Shown one piece after another: positions 47,697 to 58,700 of a stretch of 64,000 bases of DNA. The notes under the pieces were generated by a model, which worked only from the letters and a program-made list of their open reading frames with translations, did not search any database and had not been told where the DNA came from. Each line of letters starts with the position of its first letter. Within the stretch, counting starts at the first letter, position 1. A program made the position numbers and the translations under genes. The stretch lies in NCBI RefSeq assembly GCF_009914755.1, contig NC_060935.1. One strand, written 5' to 3'. The stretch is from the human T2T-CHM13v2.0 reference genome, Homo sapiens.

Positions 47697-48273
47697 TGAA
47701 GAGCTGAGCTGTATAACTCCTAGACATAGTCACAGCCCAGCAGGACATCCCATGGTGACTGCTTAGTCCAGAGGAAGGTGAGTTGTGACATCCTTAACCC
47801 ATTCCTCTTCTCTCTCCAGGAAGATGGTCAGCAAGGGTGGCTTGTGTGAGGTGGTGAGTGGCTCTGGCCACTGGCTCAAGAAGTCCCCAGGTTTATCTCC
47901 CTCCATGCAGTTAACCCTTCTCAGTTCCCAGGTTGCCCTGAGTCCAAGGAAAAGCTCACCTCTCAGCCCTCAGATGCACCCACCTAGCAAGAGTCTTTCT
48001 TATCTGAGCCCCCTGAGTTAAAAAGATTGGGAGTAGGGTAGGGGAGAGGAGGCAGAGGTTCTGGGAATGCATTGGTAAGTTCTAATTTTTAAGTTGCTTG
48101 AACTTCTGTGCTGAGCAATGCTATCTTTGTTAAACTTGGTTGGCCCACAGTGCTCCTGAAATAGCATTAAGCTTGTTTTAATCTGAAGGGAGAATGTTGT
48201 GCTATTGGTAAGGTGATAAAACTGTAAAAAAAAAAAAAGAGTAATAAAGAATACAGCTCCCAAAGCACTGTGG

Positions 48274-48541
48274 TCTTCTTCTTCTTCTTCTTCCTCTTCT
48301 TCCTTTTTTTTTTTTTTTTTGAGATGGAGTCTCGCTGTACGAGCAATTCTCCTGCCTCAGCCCCCTGAGTAGCTGGGATTATAGGCATGTGCCATGATGC
48401 CCAGATGATTTTTTGTGTTTTTTAGTAGAAACGGGGTTTCACCATATTGGCCAGGCTGGTCTTGAACTCCTGACCTCAGGTGATCTGCCCACCTCAGCCT
48501 CCCAAGTGCTGGGATTACAGGCCTGAGCCACCATGTCTGGA
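48274..48541 (-). mobile_element. AluSx-like with internal deletion and (CTT)n tail
   Basis: GAGTCTCGCTGTACG joined directly to AGCAATTCTCCTGCC. Confidence 0.9.
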
Positions 48542-48959
48542 CAGCATTGTGTACTTCTGATTATTCATCTGTTGCATTATAAGTTACATGAGTGCAGGAA
48601 CCACATTTGGTTCGGAGTAGGGTTTGTTAAATGAATGAATGACTCTGTCTCCATCTCTATCCACCACATGGGTGTCTCAGGTCCAGGCCAATAGCAAGAG
48701 GCTTTATGTCCAGTGTAGTTAAGGTGGGGACAGATGTAACACTGCTTCCTGAAGCTCCTCACTGCCTTGGGTTTCCTGTATCACTCTTCTAAATAAGGTA
48801 GGGCCAGGCCAGTGGAGTCTCCTCTCCCTTACAGTGCCCTGGCCTGAGCTTGACAGACTGTTTGGATGGACTGGGAGTGGGTCAGGCCTAGAGCAGCTCT
48901 TTCAGGGTTAGACTTGACCTGTCAAGTACCCTAGAGGCATGGGCAGTGCTGTAGAGGCC

Positions 48960-49170
48960 CCAGCACATAGTGTTTAGGCATGTAGATTCTGGAACCAGAT
49001 CTGGCTCAAATCCGGACTCTGATACTTACTAACCATGTGATGTTGACCAGTTGCTTTACCTCACTGGTCTCAGTTTCCACATCTGTGAAATGGGATGATG
49101 ATACAATACATACCTGTCAAGCCAGGCTTAGATGAGATCACGTGTGAAGGGCACTCCCCAGGCTGGCATC
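48960..49170 (+). mobile_element. MIR
   Basis: CTCAGTTTCCACATCTGTGAAATGGGATGAT core. Confidence 0.78.
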
Positions 49171-50139
49171 ACAGGCAGATTTCCATCAGAGTGGAGTGCT
49201 GGCCCTCTGAGAGTACAAGCTGACTGGGCCTTGCAAACTGGGTAGGAACAGCTTTTGCTGGAAAGTTCATCTACAGGAAGTTGATTGAATTCTGAAGAGA
49301 GAGCTAAGAGAGCTGCCAGGTAGGACAATACCTGGTAAACACCAAAGGGCTGAGAGTAGGATCACATGGCAAGAAGTAGAGTAGAGAAAAAATAATAATA
49401 ATCTGCAGGTTTGGGGAGGCAAACTGTTCTGTTTGCACTTGTCTGGCAAGGGAACATGGTGTCTCCTGGAGGTGGTCTTGTGCTGGGGAAATTCCAGCAG
49501 CCTGGAGCCACAATACTGTTTCTCACTGCTCAAGCCTGCCTGTTTTCCTCTGCCTAGGTAGCTCAGTTCCAAGAACACTTATTGATGCTTACACCGGGCC
49601 AAGCCCTGTGATGGGCCCTGGGTTCCAGAGGTGAGTCAGACATGGTTCCTGCCCATGGAGATCCCCATTTCATGATAACTGCTACAAGAGCCGTTTAAAC
49701 ACAAGGTGTTTTACAGTAGTTATAGTCTACAGAGTGCTTCTGATTGCTCACTAGGCCCCACTCCATTCACACTGTGTTGTCTGTGAATGTTGCTCTCTGG
49801 AGCTGTGGGGGGTAAGGGTAACCCGGGAAGGTGGGCAGAGCAGAGATTAAGATAGGGATATGACAGCCAAAGGTAGAGGGTGTTTAGGTGATCTGACCAA
49901 GGTAACACAGGTAGTCTGCACCACCGCCCCCTTCCCACTAGCTTTAGCCAAGCAAGGCCAGGTGAGGGGAAGATCCTATTAGCTAGCAAGGAGGTTTGCG
50001 GAAGCTCAGGGTGGTCAAGGAGCCGAGCAAAGAGGGAGGTCCACAGGACGTACACAGTCGGTACTAGAAGTGCCATGCTGCTCCCCCATGTCCAAAAGGG
50101 GATGCCGTGTCTTGCTTTCCAGCCGCCTAGACCAAGAAG

Positions 50140-51360
50140 CGTGAGGCCCAGGCCCTCGCCGCTCCCTTGATACCCGCTTACCAACACCGGGGGTTTCATC
50201 TCGCAGCGCCACCACGCCCCACTCCCAGCAGCCCTCCCCTGGTCTCCGCCCTGTGCGGGTCAGGGTGGGAGCGCCCGGCCACTCCCTGCGTTCTGGGCCG
50301 GGCTACAGCCCACGTGCGCCGGCGGCAGCGGCGGTGACAGCCGGCCCCACGGGGGCGGGGCGGGCTCCGTGCTGTCCTGTCATTGGCCGCGCCGCTGTCG
50401 GGGGCGTTCCCCAGCCCGGTCCACCGCGCGGCGCAGAACCGCAGGCGCTCGGCTGGCTAAGCCTGCGCCGGGCCGCCTCGCTCGCTCCCAGCTCTGTCAG
50501 TGGCCCGCGGGGCCCGATCGCTGCGCCCGCGGCCAGGGCCGAGGCAGGCCTGACCCGGGGCCGGGCAGCCCGCGCGACTTTCGGTAAGGCGGGGGCGGCG
50601 CTGGCCTCAGGGTGGGGAGGGCGGGCGGGCGCGGGTGGGGACCGTGCCAGCCTCGGCTGGACTCTGCGCCGTGTCCAACGCCCGGGAGGGTCAGGTGCGG
50701 CCGCAGCATCCCCCGCCTCAAACCCACCCGGCGGGGCGCACAGTGAGCAGGTGGCGCTGCGACGAAGCCCGGGGCGGCCCTGGCCGGCCTCTGAACCAAT
50801 TAGAACGCAATAAAAGCCTCCCACCGGCACGCCGAACTACCTCTTACCCCGCTCCGCAACACCCAAACCCTGCAGTTCCAAGCCTAGAAAATCGCAAGCG
50901 CCAAAACGGGGTGGGAGTGACGCGCCTGCAGTGCTGCCTGTCACCTGGCAGAAGACCATCCCCAAACTTCCCAGGATTGGGGCTCCGAGCCTTGCACGCC
51001 CCGTTCCAGCTCTTCACTGGGCGCCCTTTTCCCCCTCCCTTGTCCCCTCCCTCTTTAGTAACAGGAAGTTAAGTTGGGCCAAATGTCAGTGGCCTGGCTG
51101 GCCGCGGGCTGGAGCCCAGTCGGGATGGGGTCGTGGCAGTGGTCCGAGGGGCCGCGGCACTGTCCGCTCTGCATCGCGTCTCCCGCATCCCCAGTAGCCC
51201 GCTCTCGCTCCAGGCCCAGGAGCACCCCCGCAGGGTGTCCGCGGCACCCACCCTGTAGGTGCCTGGCTGGCCCCGGGGAGAGGTGGGATCTTGCCCACAG
51301 CGTCTAAGCCGCTGCCGGGCCAGACGGGGCAGGTGGGGTAAATTGTATTCACCGCCAGCC
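50140..51360. promoter_or_regulatory. MICAL2: CpG-island promoter
   Basis: Very high GC and CpG density; tandem GC boxes GGGGGCGGGGCGGG at 50351-50364; inverted CCAAT (ATTGG) at 50382-50386; gene identity recalled, not verified. Confidence 0.85.
50400..50583 (+). other. MICAL2: Non-coding first exon (5' UTR), probably MICAL2; TSS approximate
   Basis: Ends at donor TCG|GTAAGG; contains no ATG; ...GGGCAGCCCGCGCGACTTTCG matches my recollection of the MICAL2 mRNA 5' end. Confidence 0.75.
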
Positions 51361-52564
51361 TCACTGGCAGAGCTGGGAACGGCCTTTACTGGATGGGGAT
51401 GAGGGGATGTGGAAACCAGAGTAGTGTGCCTCCTTCCACATTGTTTATTCTGAGGCCTGGGTTCTTAAAGCGGAAAGAGCTTTTATTTGGAAGCCTGTAG
51501 GGCCCCGCCAGGCCTACAGCAGTGTGCCGGCTCTCTTGCTGTGATTGTCGCCTGTTAACTACAGTCTACAATGATTTTGGTGAAGGATGAAGTCACCAGC
51601 CAGGCCCCTTGTGGGCTGGTCCCACGGGAGAAAAGCCAGAGGCGAATTGGCCCTCCAGTGTTTGTGCCAGGTTCCCTGACACCTGCACTTACTCTGTCCT
51701 GCTCCCCCTCCCCAGTGGCAGTCGACCCAACAAGTGGGCCTCCGGTCTCCAGGGTAGTCCTGTGCAATGCCCTGGAGACTCTAATACGGTAAGAACTCAC
51801 TTTCTTCATGCAGAGAGAAGACGGACTTATTAAGTGCCTACTGGGCAACAGGTCCTGTCTTGTGGCACTTTTGCAGCCAATTTCATGGTTATTCCAAAAA
51901 CGCTGAGAGTTTTGCCCTCCCCATTTTAGAGATGGGGAAAGAGGCTCAGGTATGGTAGGTGCCCAAGGTCACACAACAAGTGTCTGAGCCAGGTCCTGGC
52001 CCTGTCAGTGTGAGTCCAGTGCTCTTGTTTCATGGCTGTGGGAAGTGGTGTGCTGTGTGCAGGACCATGGCCCCACAGCGTGCTGACTAGAGCCTTCCAG
52101 CCTCTGAAAAGATGCTCTCCACCAGGATTTCAGGGGATGCTTCTTTGGCAAAACAGTTGAAGTGACCCAGGTTAGCCAAGTTGTTCAACCTGCAAACCCC
52201 TTATCCTCCCCCTAGTCAAGAGTAGTGGATAGTGTTGGCCAGATTGCTATGGGGAGGGATTGGGTGCTATTTTGGAAGGAAGCCTGCTTCTACCATTGAC
52301 CTGGCCTCACCTCTGAGAAGCTGGCTTCTGGTATAGTCTAGGAGGACTGTGTTAGCTGAAATAACCTCTACCTTAGGACTGATTCTAGTTTCGTGGGGCT
52401 TTTGGGGGTGGGGGGGCAGGTGTTGGGGTGTAGTGTTATGGTTGTGGGGTAATTGAAATCCAGTTTGAACATACCTCTATAAAAACATGACATCACTTTT
52501 ATCTCCAGCCCCTTCTTCCTTTAGGCCTAGGGCTCTGGCTTTCTGCTCATCCCCTCTTTCAAAA

Positions 52565-52627
52565 GAAAATCATGATAAGTCATGATTTTCATGACTTATT
52601 TTCATGATGTCATGAAAATCATGAAAA
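52565..52627. repeat. Cluster of six TCATGA palindromes forming overlapping inverted repeats
   Basis: TCATGA at 52570, 52580, 52589, 52602, 52610 and 52619. Confidence 0.95.
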
Positions 52628-53121
52628 CTGATACCAATCCATTATACTTTAGTATAAATCAGCTTTTAAGAACTATGCCTGGTTGTGGCTGTGGCCATTG
52701 GAGGCCCATTCCCAGGCTGCAAGGAGCAGCCATATGATCCCAGATTCCTTCTCTGCCTATAATTGGGGTATGTTTCTGTTCTCTCCACCCACACCTGGGT
52801 TTGCCTCCCAGCCATGGGCCTGCCCCCTTTGCTTCCCACTGCTGAAGTATAGAGGTCTTGTCTTCTTGGTGGAAGCCTTGGCTCTGGCAGGACGGGACGT
52901 GGTAAGGGTAAAAGAATAACTTGGTTAAACATTGCTGATCCTAGATGTCCTCTGAGGGCTAACAGTCTCTATTCTTTAAAGAGTCAGAGAAGAGAATACT
53001 GTTCATCATGCTGAGATGTTTCATTCTTTACATCATTCTATTGTTTCATTCTGCCTCTAAAGAAGTGGGGTTAACTGCATTTTACAGGTGAGGAAGCTGA
53101 GACCCAGAAAGGTTACAACTT

Positions 53122-53256
53122 GGCCGGGTGTGGTGGCTCATGCCTGTAAAACCAGCACTTTGGAGGCTGAGGTAGGAGGATCATGTGAGGCCAGGAGTTC
53201 AAGGCCACCTTGGGCAACGTAGCAAGACTGCTGTCTTTAGTAACAACAACAACAAA
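53122..53256 (+). mobile_element. FLAM / Alu left monomer inserted in a MIR
   Basis: Perfect 14-bp TSD AAAGGTTACAACTT at 53108-53121 and 53257-53270. Confidence 0.92.
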
Positions 53257-53395
53257 AAAGGTTACAACTTGCCTGCATCACACAGCATGTATGAGTGCAG
53301 TTTGAGTGTGGAGAATTAAATGCTATGGGAAGCAGGAAAAGCCTGTGGCTGTCTCTGCACTCTGGAGGCTTGGCAGGCACAGCTCCTCTGCTGCG

Positions 53396-53709
53396 CAGTC
53401 ATCTCCCTTATCCGCGGTTTCACCTTTCGAGGTTTCGGTTACAGTCAGCCATGGTCTGAAAATATTATAGTATTTTGAGAGAGACGGAGACCACATTTAC
53501 ATCGCTTTTATTATAGTATATTGTTATAATTGTTCTATTTTATCATTAATGTTGTAATCTCTTAAGGTACCTCATTTGTAAAGAAAACTTAATCGCTCCT
53601 GTATGTATAGAAAAAAACACAGCATATATAGGGTTTGGTACTATCCAAGGTTTCAGGCATTTACTGGGGGTCTTGGGATGTATCTCCCTGAGATGAGGGG
53701 GGGCTACAG
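53396..53709. mobile_element. MER44A-like (TcMar-Tigger) DNA transposon
   Basis: Termini CAGTCATCTCCCTTATCCGCGG and GAGATGAGGGGGGCTACAG; ATAGTATATTGTTATAATTGTTCTATTTTAT core. Confidence 0.82.
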
Positions 53710-53914
53710 TACTTACCCTTTCTCACCCTATATTGTAATTATTTATGAACATGTCTTCTCACCTCACTATGAAATGGCATTTAAAACACTCAGAAACTTG
53801 GCAGATTTATTTTCTGGTTTTGCAAATCCTCTGTGCTCTTTGCTCTGTATTTCCTTAGCTTTTATGCGAGCTATGTCCATGAGGGTATCTACCAGGATGT
53901 ATTGCAGTCCTCTG

Positions 53915-54290
53915 TCAAAAATATTACAAACATTTTCACATACACAAACTCATAATGCATAATCAGCCCCATATACTCATTACCCAGCTTCCACAGTTAT
54001 TGAGATTATGCCTGGTTGGCTTCCTCTCTCTCTTTTTCTCCCTTCCCCTCTGAAAGGAATATTTATTCCTGAGATATTTTAAAGCAAATGTCTAATGTCA
54101 TGTCATTTGGCCTCTATATAATCCAGTATACAACTCTTTTAAAAAGGACGTTGTCTTGCATAACCACACTTCACTACTGCACGTAACAGAATTAACTGTG
54201 CTTCTTAGACATCACCTGTCCACCTGCAGATATCCTTGATTGTGTCAGAAATGACCTTTAGAGTTGGTTTGTTTGAACGAGGATCCAGTT
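53915..54290 (-). mobile_element. Old L1M (L1MC/ME-like) 3' fragment
   Basis: TATTTTAAAGCAAAT...GCATAACCACA...TTGGTTTGTTTGAA blocks. Confidence 0.55.
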
Positions 54291-55332
54291 GGTATGCCGC
54301 ATTAGGCCGTTGGTCCTTTTATGCCTGGTTTTAGTTTAGAGAAGCGCCCCCTCTTTAGCCATTACCCTCTGTGTTAACTGCCCATCTCCCCTACTACATA
54401 GGGAGCCCCTTAAGACGAGCCCACCTCTTGGCTGTGCTGGATCCTCAGCACTGAACGCCGTGTCTGGGACACGCAGAGGCTCCATAAGCATTTGTCCAGT
54501 TGTATCATAGCCACTCAGGAAATGTGCTTTGAATTGATGAACCCAGTCACGGATTTGTGTGACTACCAGTGCATGTGCTTAGATAAGAGGTTTTAAAAAA
54601 ATGACTTGCTTACGTGTGGACGTTTCCTCAGCACGCGTCGGTCTGTAAACATCCTAAAATAATAGAAGAACTATCTGCTGCTCCCCCTCACTGTGCTGGT
54701 TTGTGGTGGGGAGCCGAGACAGCTGCGTTTGTGCCTTGATCAGCAACCGGCCTCCACAGGTCACACGTGGGGCTGACGGAGACTGAGGTCACTTCTGTCC
54801 AAGCTTTGAATTCTGCCACAGGAATGACCATGTTATGACCCAGAAACCTGGCCCTGGGCTTGGTGGAGACCACTCATCTTTTCTTCTTCCTTCTGTCTCT
54901 GGACAGTGCTGCTTCTCCTGTGCCTTCCAGAGCCTTCTCTAACCTGCCTTACTCTTGGGCAAGTTGTGGTGCCTTCTTCAAATCACTATTCATCCACAAC
55001 TGGGGCAGGTCGTGATGGAAAATAAGTGTTTATAACCTTCAAGTGTCTTGTCTGAATTTGTTCTATAGAGTTAGCACCACCACTGGCACATTTGTGGGTG
55101 ACCTAATGAAGGAGACCGGAGGCTTAGGAGGGCAGGAGAAGATGTACCTTCTTCTCTTGGTAATGGACTTCACACCTGGTTCTCTCACCAGATGTCCTTA
55201 GGGGTGCTGGACACCTCGATAGGTGTCTTTTACCCATCCAGTAATGGCCCTTCCCTGCGAACAGCCCTCAACATGAAGACATGGTTTGTTTGGGGCTTTT
55301 TTTCTTTTTTTCCTTTTTAACACAGACAGGCT

Positions 55333-55475
55333 TTTAATTTTTATTTTTTATTTTTGGTAGAGACAAAGTCTTGCTATGTTGCCCAGGCTGGTCTCAAACT
55401 CCTGAGCTCAAGCAACTCATCTGCCTTGACCTTCCAAAGTACTGGGATCACAGGTATGAACCACTATGCCTGGCC
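55333..55475 (-). mobile_element. FLAM / Alu left monomer
   Basis: GTAGAGACAAAGTCTTGCTATGTTGCCCAGG...CCTGGCC. Confidence 0.87.
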
Positions 55476-55836
55476 TAGCCTTTTGCACTAGGACAAAATC
55501 TAACAAAATTTTAAGTTTTCTGACTCTGGATGGCAGTGCTAGAGTTGATCTTTTCCTTTATCTTTTGCTTTTTAGTACTATTTTTCAAAATTTTTTGTAG
55601 GACAAATATTTTATGTTTATAAAGAAAAATCCAAATATTTATTTTCTTAAAAAAGAAGACTTCTTTCAACCAATTTGAAGTAGGTAGACAGAATTATATG
55701 TGTATTTGGAACGGTTATACATGCAGATAAAGCCCCAGCACTATTGGGATTTCGATATTTGCTTGGATCATTATTTCCACGATGAACATATCCCGACTTT
55801 CTGAAAGTTAGAAAATACTACCCTCTTTCCCTTTCT

Positions 55837-56133
55837 TTTTTTTTTTTTTTTTTCTGAGATGGAGTCTCGCTCTTTCACCCAGGCTGGAGTGCAGTGGGGC
55901 CATCTTGGCTCACTGCAAGCTCTGCCAGGTTCATGCCATTCTTCTGCCTCTGCCTCCTGAGTAGCTGGGACTACAGGCATCCGCCACCATGCCCAGCTAA
56001 TTTTTTTGTATTTTTAGTAGAGACGGGGTTTCACTATGTTAGCCAGGATGGTCTTGATCTCCTGACCTCGTGATCCACCTGCCTCGGCCTCCCAAAGTGC
56101 TGGGATTATAGGCGTGAGCCACTGCGCCTGGCC
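55837..56133 (-). mobile_element. AluY
   Basis: Y-diagnostic GCAAGCTC, TCATGCCATTCT, TTAGCCAGGATGGTC; perfect 15-bp TSD CCTCTTTCCCTTTCT. Confidence 0.95.
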
Positions 56134-58529
56134 CCTCTTTCCCTTTCTACTTCCTCCTTTGCTATCCCTCAAATGAAATTTTTCTAATGTTAGGCTCTTG
56201 ATTTTGATTTTTTTTTTTTTTTTTTTTTTTTAACTGAGGAAGGTTGAGCCCTCAGGGGAAGACAAAATGACACAGAGTGCTAAGACAAAGCAGGGCAAAG
56301 TTCCACGCTCCAGTGGCCTGTCTTGTCCTCTCAGGAAAGTGCCCAATGGCCAAACACCCTGCTCCATCACTTTGGGGTGCCTGGACTCCTCCCTCCTCTA
56401 GTTTCTGTTTTCCTCCCTACACCCTCCCCAAAGGTAGACAGCATGGCTGGCCTGGGCTGATAAGGCTTCTTCTTCCTAAAACATCGATCACGTGGCCTCA
56501 GAAATTCAGAGCCCAAGGGAGTGATAGGTGACTCTGGCCCTCTGTTCACGAACAAACTTTCTTTGCAGGATTGGGTCAACCATGGGGTCTGATTTGGAGA
56601 TGCTTCCCTTCTCTGTCAGCTGCTCATGTCTCAAATGAAGAGCCTTTTGTGATGACCATGTATGGAATAGTGTCTGAAGTACCACTGCACTGTACCTGTC
56701 TTTGCGTCTAAACATCACTACCATCATCACGGGACAAACCGCCCATCTCAGTGGTGTCTGGCAGTGAGCTGTGCGTATGTGGATAGTGCTGGTGTTTTTA
56801 GGGTTGAAATTTTTAGTTTGTTCTTTATTTGAGCTAATGTTTCTCTCCTCTGAGGGTCAGGGTAATTTCCCTGCCTTCCTCTTTCTCTCAAATCCCCACC
56901 TCCCAGTGGCTGTCCTGATACCTTGAGGCACCTGCATTCCTTCCAAGGCTTGGTTAGATTTCTTTTGATGAATTACAGAGGTAAGGGCAGGCAGAAGAAC
57001 CGGAGCTGTGCTTCCTGCTGGTTTGGGGCTCAGGTTTTTCTCCTTTGCTGGGCAAGAGAGAATGTCTAGTGCAGATGTTCTTTCTGCTGGCAGCAAGAGG
57101 AGGGCAGCAAGGGGTTGGACGGTGGTCCCTGGCCTCTGAGCCACTGCAACAGCAGGTTTCTGGGACATCTCCAGACCTAAGGTCTTGACGCACACAGCCT
57201 GGAAGCCCAGCACATGCTGGAGACACGAGTGGGAGTCTAAGAACACCCTGTTCTGGCCTTGCTGCAGCAGTACCAACATGTTGAGGTGCAGAAACTACTT
57301 CTTTGTTCCCACGACTCTGAATGGCTGGCCCTGGCCACTTATCTGAATACTGACTTATCTGGTGAAGCTTTGCAGGATCTCAGTATATAGTGTGTTGGAG
57401 CCAGGATAATGAGGTGTAGGGGAGACTGAAGAAGCAGCTCTCACTAACAAGAGCTGCCCTCTGAAACAGAGTGGGCCCAGGGTCTGCCAGGGGCTTGGTT
57501 GCTGAGCCCTCATTGGACAACTGTTCATCCAAAAGGAGCAGAATGGGGGTTGGGTGCTGTGTGTAGAGTCTGTGGCTGCTGTCAAATCAGCTCCATGTAT
57601 CAGGACAGCCAGGCTTTGCACAATCTGATGCAAAGGTAGTAAGATCAGGATCTCCCTGCTTGTAAGAAGGAGGCTACATCATTTGTCTGATGACTAAATG
57701 AAAGGAAAACAGAATAGAGAAACACACAAGGGGATTTCCAACCTCTTTCCAGACCCTCAGGGAGAGGATTCACTCAGCCTTTTTCTTCAGGGAATGTCCT
57801 GTGAGGCTCATGCAGTTGGAGCCTTGGGGACCATGGGGTCCATGTCGGGAGAGCTTCCCGGCCACATGCCTGGAGTTGCCACACATTACTGTTGTGAAGG
57901 AGGAGTAGGAGGAAGCACTGTGTGAAATTTCAGGCTTCTTCTGGATTCCAGGTTTGCCCCAACCAGATGACCTAGAAGGTCTTGCTTGGGCGTGTTGGTT
58001 ATCTTGTATCTTGGGCTTTCTTAAAAGTGACTTACCCACACATACATACATATATGTGTGGTACTCATCCCACACATACATAGATGCATAGGACTTACCT
58101 TCACACGCACACATAGATGCACGGTAAGATATCCACTCAGTACAAAGGAAATTGAATGAAAAGTACATCTCCCTTCTTTCCCTGTCCTCCAGCCCTCAGT
58201 TCTTACTTTTTTGGCAGCTGTTGTCCCCAGCCCCCTGTGGATCCTTCCAGACATAGTCTAGGCATGTCCTGGTGCCTGTTCCCCTTCTGCTCTTCCTGCG
58301 GCCTGCTGAAGAAGCAACCAGGATGTAAAGAGACAGGGCCCACAGGGCTGCAGAGACTTGGCCATTGTCTCATTTGGCCAAGGCCTAACCATTTCCCCTT
58401 CCACTCTACTTTGCCAGCTCTCTCCTTTAGGAGTCCCCTTGTGTTCGATTTGGGGGTTCAAAGAGCCTGGAATCTGAGAATAAACCTCAGGGGCATGTTG
58501 TGGATGCAGGTGACATAGGCAAAAACAAA

Positions 58530-58700
58530 AAGCACTAAGACAGACCTGGGCTCAAATCCGAGCCCTGTGGCCTTGGGCGAGTTAATGAATCCTAGTATTT
58601 TAGTCTACATAAAGGAGGTAATTATACCTATTACAAGAGCTTGATCTGGAGATGAAATTAAAATATTTGTGAAGTCCCTTGCCTGGATATGCACTCCAAA
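58530..58700 (+). mobile_element. MIR
   Basis: CAGACCTGGGCTCAAATCC...CTGTGGCCTTGGGCGAGTTA. Confidence 0.65.

Noticed and set aside
50253-51364. Overlapping 100-186 aa ORFs on both strands
   Set aside because: Ala/Gly/Pro/Arg-rich products of stop-poor CpG-island sequence that run through the splice donor
52565-52627. CRISPR-like or operator-array reading of the TCATGA cluster
   Set aside because: Repeats are 6 bp with 2-7 bp spacers in a mammalian intron and there are no associated genes
53122-56133. Oppositely oriented intronic Alu/FLAM copies as an ADAR substrate
   Set aside because: Plausible but ubiquitous in human introns; nothing distinctive here
56209-56231. Isolated poly(T) run (another at 20567-20587)
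   Set aside because: No attached retroelement body or clear TSD; treated as a mononucleotide microsatellite
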